DNA of 63,783 nucleotides from Aplysia californica. Its lineage: Eukaryota. Positions 35,901 through 47,900 of this stretch are shown piece by piece. Position numbers and translations under genes: made by a program. The notes beneath the pieces are model-generated. The model was given only the letters and a program-made list of their open reading frames with translations, made no database searches and was not told where the DNA came from. Location: positions 1,067,942 to 1,131,724 of the forward strand of contig NW_004797293.1 of NCBI RefSeq assembly GCF_000002075.1, read 5' to 3'. Within the stretch, counting starts at the first letter, position 1. Each line of letters starts with the position of its first letter.

Positions 35901-38900
35901 CTAATTGACCTAACAAGCTGAATTTGTGCTCTTTCCTAGCCTGATTCCTAAGCACAGGGATCTCAGGCATGTTAAATTACTTTTTTTTTTCACCACATAC
36001 CAGGGTCCTGATATGGACTTAAAGACCCTCAGGTCTCACATCGACCATGTTCTCAAGCCAGCTCTCTTGAACGCTCTCTATGCCTTGTGAGTATCATAGT
36101 TCAGTGCTTTGAATTTGAAACTATGGCAACCTTGCGTTTGCCTTTACGCTTGTATATACAGCAATATTGTGGTGTGTACCCACTGAATTCATTGCTAATC
36201 TCTGCACATGAATTTAAATTACTCTAGTTTTGTAATATTCATATCTATTATGTATATAATATGGTGTTTAGTATTGATATCTTTCTCATATTGAAACTTG
36301 GATTATCAAAGTGCCTGATAACTTTGAGCTTCTGTACCGGCCTAGTCATCTTTAAATTGTGAAGTTTGTAAAAGTTTAACTCTTATATCACGAGGTAAAC
36401 AAATTGTGTGACTGCAAAAATAGAAAAAGCGTCTTCCAAGATGTATAATGTAATTAATGTATTGACATTATAGGCTGAGGGCAGTCAGTACACAGGGAGT
36501 CAAGCCAATCAACGACTTTTTTGAGAGCAACTCCAAGTTGTTGTCATCCACCGCAGATGAGCCTGAAGTTATCAAACGTGAAAGCATTATGGGTGAGTGT
36601 GTAATTTTGTTTTTCTTGATTTTAAAAATTTTTTATTTCAGCGCAGTGAGGATTAAAAAAAAAAAGAATTGTGTTCCTAATGACCTTTCCATTTCTCGTA
36701 ATACTCATTTCTATGTTTAGTATGCTTAGTTTTTATGCTGGAGCTTATGAATTGCAAGTTCTGTGCTCGTCTCTTGTGAAAAGTAATGGGTCTTCCTCCA
36801 CAGAAGGAATGAATTTTATTCAAACTTGCAATGTCTGATTGCTGGACCTACAATTTGTCCCTATCATTCTCAAGAGGTGTTAACTGTAACTTCTTTCACC
36901 CACAGTTCTGATGGTTTTTTACATCAAAGGCATATTTTCCTTCTATTGTAGCACAATCCATCAGGCGTTTTCCTATTAACAGGTTCTCTTCATTATTTAC
37001 TCCCATGATAGATTCTTCTGCTTTGTACTGAGATTGGTTTTAATTTTTTTCCAGGCAGTTAGCTTGTGATGCCCACTTTTTTTCCCAAATTCGGGCTTGA
37101 AAACTGTACTGCATTTCCTAGGACTCCTGGATTCAGTGACCGAAAATTAGAATGTAATTTTGTATCATTGATTGGGTTTCGAAAAAGTTGGCAAGCCTGC
37201 ATGCTATGTTCACATGGGAATGCTTGAAATTATTGTCCTTTTCTGAGAAAATAATGTGCTTTCTCCATCTTAACCTAGGATCTTCCGTGCCTGCGAGAAC
37301 TGAGCTCTGAACCTGTTACTTTGGGATGAAAGAAAAGCACAGTTCGTTAATGCTAAAGAACCTTCTGTGGATGGCTAAATGCAATGCTTTTTACAAGTCT
37401 GTTTGAATTTCCTTCAGGTTTATACATCCGAAGAATGGAACTGGCTTACAATGAGATGTCTTTCACGCAGCTGGTAGATACATATGTAAGTATGAAGACA
37501 GTGAGTGTGTTGTTCTTTCTTTCTCATATCCTGGGCATTCAGAGTTAAACATCTACTAGTTTTCTGCCTTTTTCATGTTGTAAAAGTTGCAAGTGTTGTT
37601 CTTTATTTGAGAACTTACTTACTGTATATAATCTTTTTTTTAAAATGAGGGATTTGTGGTGGTACTGAAGGTTGAAAATGTCAGTTGTTACTGTTGTATA
37701 AGAAGGAGCCAAAGTGACCCAGATTGAAGATGGCATGGATCTCTCAGGGTCAAAAACACTAATAAAAACTGCTATAAGAAACAGATGGAAAAGGTCCCAC
37801 CCTAAGCACAACAGACATGACCCCTACTACATACTAAATAGAGCAGACCAGGTCACAATCTTTAGACTCCTTTGTGGCCACAACAGACTCAAACACCATA
37901 TGCACACCAAATTAAAAGTGGGAGAGACAGCTATCTGTGAATGTGGACACGACCAAGAGGATGCCAACCATATCCTTCAGCACTGCCCACGCTACGCCAC
38001 CCTTCGCGCATAGACGTGGCAGAATGTGGCTCCCCTTGAGAGAAAGCTCTATGGCAGTCTCTGAGAGTTGAAGCGAACTACACAGTTTGTACGCGACATC
38101 GGACTGACTTTCTAGCTGCTGTTATCGAGAACGAGGAAGAAGAAGAAGAACTGTTGTATATATTGTATGGATTCTTCCTTTCCACAGGTGGATGTTTCCA
38201 CTATGCATGTCACTCAGGGCTGAAGTAATAGTATGTGCCTCATCCTTTGTCTCAAGCATAGGTAGATAGTGGCTGCCCCAGTATTGTCTGCTCTTTCTAC
38301 TTCTTTTTATATTAAGTATTGCTATAGTTTTAATCAATTCCTGTTAAGTATAGCTGTTAATGTGCTTATTTGATGTGCACCACAAATCAATTCATCAAAC
38401 TATTATCTTACAATCCAACCTGTGACATTTTTAGATGTATGAAATCGTCAGAAAACATGGTCTAACTGAGGCCAGCGACCAAATCTTGTATCCTCTCTTT
38501 TAGTTCAATCATTGTGGATATTCCTTTGTTCCATACTTGGAAATTATAATACTCAAAATGCAGTACATGATTTGTCATTTTTCTGACTTTGCCCTACATT
38601 TGTCTCATAGAAGTGTACATGTTCATTATGCTTTTGCTGATTTGTCTGGATTTCAGAAAAAAATACAGCGTTACTACGAGGCAGGCTTTCCTGAGAAATT
38701 GGAAGAGACAGATTCTGATGAGAGTGTAACGAAAAGAGCAAATCGTCACCTGGGTTTGTCAGAGCAAGCACTAAACATATCACAGCTTAACGAGAGGTCC
38801 ATCTTGGAAACACTAAGTGGACAGTGAGTGTCTTACTTTTTGGTTTTAGGTTTGAGTATTCACTTACTAGTTAATAGGGCTGGGGCCTTTGCAGTTTTAG

Positions 38901-41900
38901 TGCACCCATGGTCACTCTCTTTGTGGCTTGAGAATCAATATAGTAGGCTTGCCAACTATCCTGAATTTCCCAGGGCTGCTGTAGATCTGCAATCAGGAAT
39001 TTGAGAACTTTATCATATGCCCTACACCAAAACCAAGTCTAGTTGATGTAATTTTGTTCTTTGTTACGTAATCTGATGTTAGGGGTCTCTCGTAGCCTAG
39101 AGGTTAAGGTATTCGTCTCTCATTCAATAGGTCTCGGGTTCAAATCCGAATAACGATGGGAATTTTTCTCATCTTAAAATTGTCTCCTTTCAGCTCCTTT
39201 CCTGTCCCTTTATGCAGCCTTTCTACTGCTACTCCTTGGCTCCTTACTGCTGCCTTTCAGCAACACCCCTGATCTTATGGTAGGAAAGGTTTACACTTAG
39301 CCTACTCGGACAAGGGCGAAAAGTCTCGGAGGTCCCGTGTACAAGTTCTGCACTTTAAAGATCCCTTAGTGGTCCAAAATCGATAAGAGTAGGCTTTGGC
39401 CGCCACCTAGGCAAAATTAAAAATTTCCTACCAACTGAAAATGTTTAATGTGTCCCGTGCGCTCATATGACCTTATGCCGTTGCGAGCGCCGTAAAACGC
39501 TTACCCCAAAAAATTTTTAAAATCTGATCTTATAATGTTGGGTGTCCCAGACTGAGTTTTAAAAGAGTAGGCAATCCTGGTATAAAAGGTTGCAAGGAGC
39601 AATAAAAAAAAAAGACTATGTATCTTTTTACAGTGTTTGCTAAAGTGCAGGTACCGTACTCGTTCTAAGCAAATAGCCACTCTGTATCGCAAGGATAGCC
39701 TCTGCCTCCTTCACTGATAGCTGGATAGGTTTTTTTTTCCATATGTTGTAAGTGCTGGAAGTTAGGAGGTTAAGGTGCTTTGATTGTTATTTAGGGTCAA
39801 ATGCATCCAGAGTGTCAATCATATAAAACTGCAAAGTGGGTTGGATTAAACCAACTGAAAGCTTTCAAGATCATAACTTCAACTTCTATAACACATAACA
39901 TGTGTTTCCCAAATGCTAAAAAACAATCAGAAAGTTGCTCAAATGTGTATCCACGGCTACTTGGCCACGAGACTTTTTCCCCCCTAGTTTTAAGGAAGTG
40001 TATATAAATATGTATGTGCGTATATATATGAGGGTTAATTTGTATATGTGTGTATATATAGATATGTGGGTTTGAGTGGACCTTTTAAGTCATACAAGAC
40101 ATCAGACTTAGGTGTAACCTTGAAAGAAAAAAGTTACAGCATCTAACAACAGATAGCATTTGTATAGCGCAAATCCCTGCTCAACATCAAGCTCTATGCG
40201 CTTCACAATTTATACTATTACCCTAGCAGACCTGAGAGCTTTCTGAAACAACCTCAACTTCCTGGGAAGCATACAGTGCAAGCGGCCATTTATAGGCGCT
40301 CAAACACTAACATACTGACAAGATGTTTCGCTGTCTATCGCTGGGTACCCATTCCCACCTGGGTGAAGTGAGGAAAATTTGTGTAAAGTGCCTTTCCCAA
40401 GGACACAACATCAGGCCCGCGGCTCAAACTCCAGACCCCGCTATCTCACGATTACGAGTCCGGTAGCCTAACCACTAGACCATCGATGCCACGTCTAAAA
40501 CGTATATTATTTGTTGTTCAGCTCAGGTTTATTTCTAATGCTTGGGCTTCTTTATTTGACATTTTTGTAATGCCTCTGTAACTCTAACAATACTAAAATG
40601 CTATTCTTTTTTTTCTTTTCTTCTCAATTCACAATTTATACAGCAGAATCTACTTCATTTATTTGTACAGATCTCTTGAAGAGTGTGTAACATTTGGTTT
40701 ATTTTTTCCCCTCGTTTCAGGAGCTTTTTCTCGAGAAAACAGGCTGAATACTTCATCGCAAATCAGGTTTGGGAAAGTTTTCTCTTTGAGGTTTTTTCTA
40801 TTCACTCATTTACAATTTTCATTTGTAAAACATCTGTGAGTTGTGCTGACAAAATGAGTTACTTCTTGGATTTCAGCAAAATAGATATAGATTTATGGAA
40901 TTTATTGGTGGAGATTTTACAATTCATTGGTGTGAAATGATAAAAGACCTGTTATACTTGAAGAAAATAGCGTCTGTTGAAAATCTACAAATTTGAAGCA
41001 TATGTCGATTTTTGGCCTACATCTCCATTCATGGATTGCGAGGAATAAATGATTTTGTCAGCGTGCCTCATATTTCATCATCATCATCATTGCCTTTCTC
41101 ACCCTGTATCAGGGTAAAGGCCACAAACAAACACTTTCCACTTTACCTTATCCTGGGCTAGCCTCTTGATGCTATTCCCTATATCTTCCCACTTTTCTGT
41201 ACATCAATTTCTGTGATTCTTCCTCCAGGTTCCACTTGGTCTTCCCCTTGATCTTGTACTCTGTGGATTCCAACACTTTTTGCCTCATATTTGTTGTTAT
41301 AATGTGTGACTTTTGCGTCTCCTGATGACTCTCCAGGCCCTGATGCTGTCCCACAATGAGCTCAAGGGTCTCCCGCCTGATCAGCTCCAGCAGAAGATCT
41401 CCAGCATCTTGTCTGCTAACCCGGACATGGCCGAGGGTGTGAGTGTCTGTACATAGGATGTTGTGGTCTATTAGACAGTAGGGCTGTACCCCGGTAGCAA
41501 ATACCCTCGCACTCGCAAGACCCTAGTTCAAGTCACAAGCCTCAAATCACTAGATCAAATCATAAAATCAAATCACCAGCATGATACGTTGAGTCTAGCC
41601 TAAGCTTCAAGTACACACACCAAATTGCAATCCGCGAAGCCACTCGTGTCTGACCCCCTCTTCCTTCCCCTCCCTGCTAGCAATCCGCGAAACCCGTAAC
41701 GTCAGAAAGAGAGGGGGGGAGAGACCCCGCGCACAGTGTCACTGCGCCACAAACTAGTCTGTTCGATTATTCGAAGGCATACGAGCAGCGGACGGCAGAC
41801 AAGACTCAAATCACAGCAAAGCAAAGCACTTGGTCCCAAGACCTGCTTTGCGTCTCATATTGCTTTGCGCTAAGGGCTTGCTCTCGTGTCAATAAATCTG

Positions 41901-44900
41901 CTTTGAGTCCAACTACCGCCCTGGCAAAACAACACCGCTCGCCAGTACAACACCGCTCGTCGGGCAAACACCGCTCGTCTGCACCGAGACGCAAGATCTA
42001 CCGGTAATCCACCCCGCTCGCGGCGTGAACTCTGAACTCTGGACGTGGAGGAAGCGAGAGGCAGCGCTGGTTTTGGTGCAAGGCGAAGAGGGCTGTAATA
42101 GCTTAGTGCAGACCGTTTGCGACCTCGGTGCTTTAACGGTGAAAATGTGACATCTTCGTAGGCTCACATTTTGTTATGAGCTGTTTTCACTGGTATTAAA
42201 AATGGAGATACGACAAGAAAGCACTGGGGTCGCGGTATGCTAAACTATTTAGGACGCAGAATAAAGGTGAGACTTACAAACAATTTTTAACTGACAAAAT
42301 AAATCAGTATTATTAGCATCCCGTGGCTTGTAATTTAATCACTCGCCTAAACTACACTTCCACTCCCACCCCGACACTTAGAACAAGTTGAAGTTGAAGA
42401 GAAAGCATTGGGGAGGGGATGACAATCGTGATTTGGTTTCTGAACAATGTAAAACACTTTTGATTTGTCTGCTTCTCTATCAGAAAATCATTGTTAAGGT
42501 AAATTATATCACATTGTTAATTACATTGTAGGCCTATAACTTTTTTAAAAACATCTTGCTGCACTGTAACTGATATTATGTATGTATTGTGCATGTTCTA
42601 TCATACAAATATTAATTATGATGGCGAATTATGCCCAGAAAATCAATAAAGCAAAACATAATCCTTCCCCCAACCAATTTTTTTTTTTTATCAACAAAAA
42701 ACTGAACCAAAAAACCCCCCAAAAAACCAAGACAAATAAAACCCTGTCAAACCAGGAGGCGTAAGGGGAGGGGTGGGTTCTACGGAAAGCGCGGGGTGGC
42801 GAACATCTCTCGCTTTCCCAGCCATACCACCCCCTCCCCTCCCCAAACAGAGCCATCGCTGGAAGTGTGAGGGTTTTTTAGGGCTTGTCAGCGTGCGGCA
42901 CGCGGGCAGAAGTATCGCGCGCTCAGTAAACAAGAGTTTGTGACGTCACGACACAAATCAGTAAGCCCGTCCGCCGTCCACGAGTAGCAACTCCGGTAGG
43001 GAGCAAGACTCAAGCCCGCTCGCAAGCCTCTGGCACGAGCCGTCCGTTTGCTCGCAAGCCTTCGATTAATCGAGCAGACTCCAGCCCTATTAGACAGATT
43101 GCCTACTGGTTTAACTGGAGTGGATGGATGGGTGGCAGATGCTCTAGTGTGGTTTGCTCCTTCTTTCTTATCAAATATCCTTATCTCTCCTACTTCTTTT
43201 TTGTGTATATTTCCCTCTATTAACACTTAATCTTCAGTGCTTACATGACCTAATTGTGTTGCAAGTGTCGTAAAACTTTTGCACTAGAGAAGGCAGGGAG
43301 AAATAATAATAAATAGCGTTTTTGTAGCACCTATCCCCTCTCAACATCAAGCTCTATGTACTTCAGATTCTATATTATTACCCCAGCAGACCCCAGTACA
43401 CTCAAGAACATTCTTGACATCCTGGGAAGCATACATGGCAAGCAACCGATAAAGCACTCAGCACAAACAAACAACTTGACAAGATCTTTCACTATCTAAA
43501 TAAGTGGTTTGCTGGATTGGGGTTAATGGGAGTCCGTTTTATTCATATGATTTTAACTTTTCTTGCCATGAACTCTCCTATAATAATAATAGGTCTACTA
43601 AAGATTGATAGATACTACGCACATGTGGTTTCTTTGGAGACTTGAGAATTTCATGGAAGGAAAAGAAACCGAACAAGGAGGTACACAAAGAGGTTCATGT
43701 GGGCAACTCACTAATAAGAACAATAAGGAAGCGATAAATGCAGTTTCTGGGACACTTGATTCATCTTAAAGGCTTTGAACATCTTGCTCTCACTGGGAAA
43801 AAAAAAAGGCAAGCAAGGCAGGAGTAGAAGACCTAGAGCGACTTATTGGGAAAACCTGAACAGATGGGTAACAGGAAAACACCAGGATAATGCAGTTTTT
43901 TTTTTTAGAACATCTGAGCGGAGAAATGAACTTAGAACCGTGATTGACAATGTGTTTCAGATCTGGCACTTTATAATGTTGATGACTTTCCTCCTATGTG
44001 TTCTGCAATTCTTACTGAGTTTTTGATTTTAGTGGGCTCTGTGCTCATGTAATCCTAGACTTGCAAGCTTGTAATGCTTTTATGGGGATTGGGGGGGGGG
44101 GGGCAATACTTCTGTTTGTCTCACACTCCCCCCAACCCGACCCCTTTTTCGTTCTCTCTTAACTACTTGTGTTTTGTTCCCTCCTAGCATTTCTTAAGCT
44201 ACATGAACAGTTTGCGGTTGAGAGAGTACTGCACTGCCCTCCACAACCTGTATCACTACTTTGATCGCAAAGCCTGCACGCCCAATGACGGAAACCCTAA
44301 CAAGAAGAAAGGAAATGGAGATGAGGTGGCGATGAGATATGCTGCGCTGAACCTCGCTTCACTTCAGTTTCGTTTTGGAAACAAGTTTGTATATTTGCGT
44401 CTTTCTGTTATGGTGATGACTTTTTAAAAATTTGTTTGTTTGGATAAAAAAAATTTTTGATAATTAGGACAGTATCAATATTTGCTTTATTAGTCAAATA
44501 AGTAAAATATAGTGCCAGGACTGAGATTAAATATTATCATATTGATGTGAATTGCACCTCAGTTGAAGTGTTGTCTATTATCTTTTCTCATAAATTTTGT
44601 AATAAAATTTACTTACTTTTTACCTATAAGACAGCCACCTATCTGAGATGGCCACTTTTCTCTTTGACAATGGGAGGCTGTCATATAGCTTTTTCACTTT
44701 CGTTTATCTGTTTAAAACAATTTCTAGCTCATTTATTAATTTACCTGTGCCCAAGAAACTTTACAGGGCACTTCTGCAAACCAGTGACCAAACGAAAAAA
44801 AAAATCTTTATCCAGTAATGAAAAAAATACATCTTGCTCATTTTGAGAGAATGACACAACCCTTCCCCCACTTGTCAGTGTAAGCTTGTCAATTTTAGCA

Positions 44901-47900
44901 CATGACTGTCTATACAGTTCCTAGTGGGTCTTGAAAAGTGCCCACTCGTCTGTTTGGCAATGTTTCTTTGGCAAACATTTAGGTGTGGCGTTGAGGAAAG
45001 TAGTTTGTTTCTAATGTGTAATGTGTATGCTATAAATCCACTATTATTTTTTTTACCCGCTTTAGGCTAATATGAAAGGAAACATGTCGGCACATTAGTT
45101 TGGAGTTACTTTTATGAATGGGCTATTAGATTCTGTTGGCCGTCCAACTTTTAGACTCTTTTATGCAAAGACCTGAGGAAATTAAACAGAATGATTTGAT
45201 TTTATCTCGTTTTAACTGCGGTCAGACAAAAATGAACAAGCTATAGACAATTTCGACTGTATATTGGTTCTACTCACACTGAATTTCTCTCGTTGAGAAT
45301 ATTTATTTCTACTCTTGATGCAGGACGCTGTCAATTCCCGGTGCTGTAGCTTACACATTTCTTTGTAACTTTTTGGTTTGAAGTTTTGAAGTAAGACCAT
45401 AGCTTTGACTGAATGGAAACTTTGTAATGCTGCAAGTTCAGCCTCAGACTCGCCCACTGGTAACTGACCATTTATAGTCTAAAATTCTTTGACTGCACAA
45501 TGGCATAAAGATGCTTGTCCCCCTTCTCCCTCTTGTTTTGGCTTTGTGAATGCATGCTCTCAGGATGTTTTGTTTCTTTGCCACAGAGAGGAAAGTAAAG
45601 CAGCCTTGAAAGATGCTATACGAATGGCTCAAGAAAGCAATGACCAAGTGTGTCTGCAACATGCACTGGTAAGATATTTCTTTTCAGTAACATAATATCT
45701 GCAACACACGTGTGCGACTTACTCGAGAGTTTATTCTGAACTGAACTGCCGTGATTCGTGATTAACACACCTTTATTTTGACTTGATAAACACAGATATA
45801 ATACATAATTCGCTTAATATAACGATCACGACCACACACAGTTACTCTCTCTTAACAATACATAACAAGTAATACATGATTTTTTTTCTCATACTCCTGC
45901 TAGAGTTCTAAGAAGAAGTAACTGTAAGACTTTCATCTCTCAGTGCAGTTGATTTTTACATACATGGCCATTTTTGCTATAGAATCATCCCATGCCTGAC
46001 AGGCAGCCATGTGCAGTTTTCAAAGATTCTCTTAATATACATACTTACTATACTTACTAGAGTTGCTTCAGTTTTGGAAAGGAATGTACTTTGAATTTTG
46101 TCCAGAGGGGGCCTCGAAAAGCCTCTTTTAGATTTAGAACCACCAAAGAATCTTTAAAGTGTGAAACTTCCCCAGGGAACCCCCAACATTTTTGTTCTTG
46201 TCCAAAAAGACAGAAATAGCTACCTGAGGATCAAGGGTGGAGAAAACATGTGAGAAAAAAAAAATCAATGCTGACAGGGATCAAACTCAGGACCTCCAGG
46301 GTGACAGGTGAATGCTGTACCTGAGCCCCCTTGCTATGAATGATTTGCTTTTAACCCTTTGATCTCTGTCCTCGTGAGCTTACTGAATCCCTGCTCCTTA
46401 GCTCCCTTGGGACGACTTGCTAGGTTTACACTGCTGCCTTTTGAGGCATATATTCAGTATACGAAATAGTAAAGGTAGCCAGCTTGTGTTTGGATCAGTA
46501 GGGTTAAATAATGAAATCTAGATTGAACTGCTGATCAGTTTAGTATACATGCGGATAAATATTCAGTTGCTTTGGCCTTGCTGTATTGAAATAAAAATGT
46601 CATGTATCTTCAGTCCACTCCACCTGAACTTTAAATTATGGGTTACTTTGTTGACTAAAATGGGGAAGGTTAGCCCTGTTCTGTTGTTTCAGAATATACA
46701 AAGTCAGGCCGAACCAAGCCTCGAACCCCTCAATCCACAACTTCACGAGTGTGAGTGCTGTAGTCTAACCACTAGACTATGAAGTACAAAATTGTTAAGT
46801 TATTTAATTCCGTATCTCCAACAAGCTGCTCCCAGCGGCTTGCGGTCGGAATCATTGTGCCGATGAGCCACTGGCAGAGGCTTGGGCACTTTCCTTCACT
46901 ACGATTTCGACGTCAAATTACTTTCAGCAGTTGCCCAAAACAGGTCTCTTTTACCAAGAGTTCATTCAGTAAATGAAGAACTATCGAAACAGGTTCACTT
47001 CTTTTGATTTTATGATCAATTTAGTTGCATTTTGGTCTCTTTAAGATTTCGTACCGAAGGAGGGCCCTGCATAGTGGGTTAACCCTTCTCAGAGATAAAG
47101 AGTCACTAATTCCTTAATGTAGTGATGTCATGTTATTTTTCTTTTCCTTACAGGTGTGGCTCAATCTCCTAGATGACAATGAGAAGCCTGTGCTGCAGAT
47201 GGAAAGGTCCATTAGGAAGACAATTGATCTTTCATTACCAGTGAGTGTGTCTTGAGTGGAGTGGGCAGTTATTTGGCTGATAGAAAAATATAAAAAAATA
47301 GCTTTAAAAAAAGGTTCTTATACTGACTGGCTTTTTCTGCGAAAATTAAGGGAGCAGCTTAGTCCTACCAGAGTGCCTCCAGGTGGCCTTGTTTGTTTAT
47401 TCCTTACTGAAATATGAAATGTGACCTGTCGGTGACTGTAATGGTTGACTTAAGACAATGTATTTGTATTGGTTTTTGTTTAATTTTATGTAATTTTTTT
47501 TTCATATCTTTTTTTTTTTTTTGCAAAGGAGAAGGAGTGAGATGAACTGGGTATTGTTGTGATCATGTGTAAGGAAGAGACCCCTGAACCAATATAAGAA
47601 ACCATTAAGGCTAGTACCGCACTACGACAGTTTGTCTTGGGACAGACCCGTCATTGTTTTAAAGGTGAGACATATCAAGGATTTGGTAAATATAAGTCAC
47701 ATATCCTTGTGCAGCCGGACTGTCCAACCAACACATAGATACAAAGCAGGCAGATGAGAATGTGACATGTAAGCCATGTCGTACCGGTTTTATTTTACTT
47801 TCTTTTTGTCTTCATTGTGACCGTTGTCAATTTTTGAACGGAAATTCTTTTTCAATGTTACTTTGGAGCATGCCGATAGCTCAGTTGGTGTCATGCTGGA

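Noticed and set aside
39082-39160. tRNA-like sequences (also ~35470-35541 and ~47865-47935)
   Set aside because: SINE heads: A/B boxes without a full cloverleaf, joined to SINE cores.
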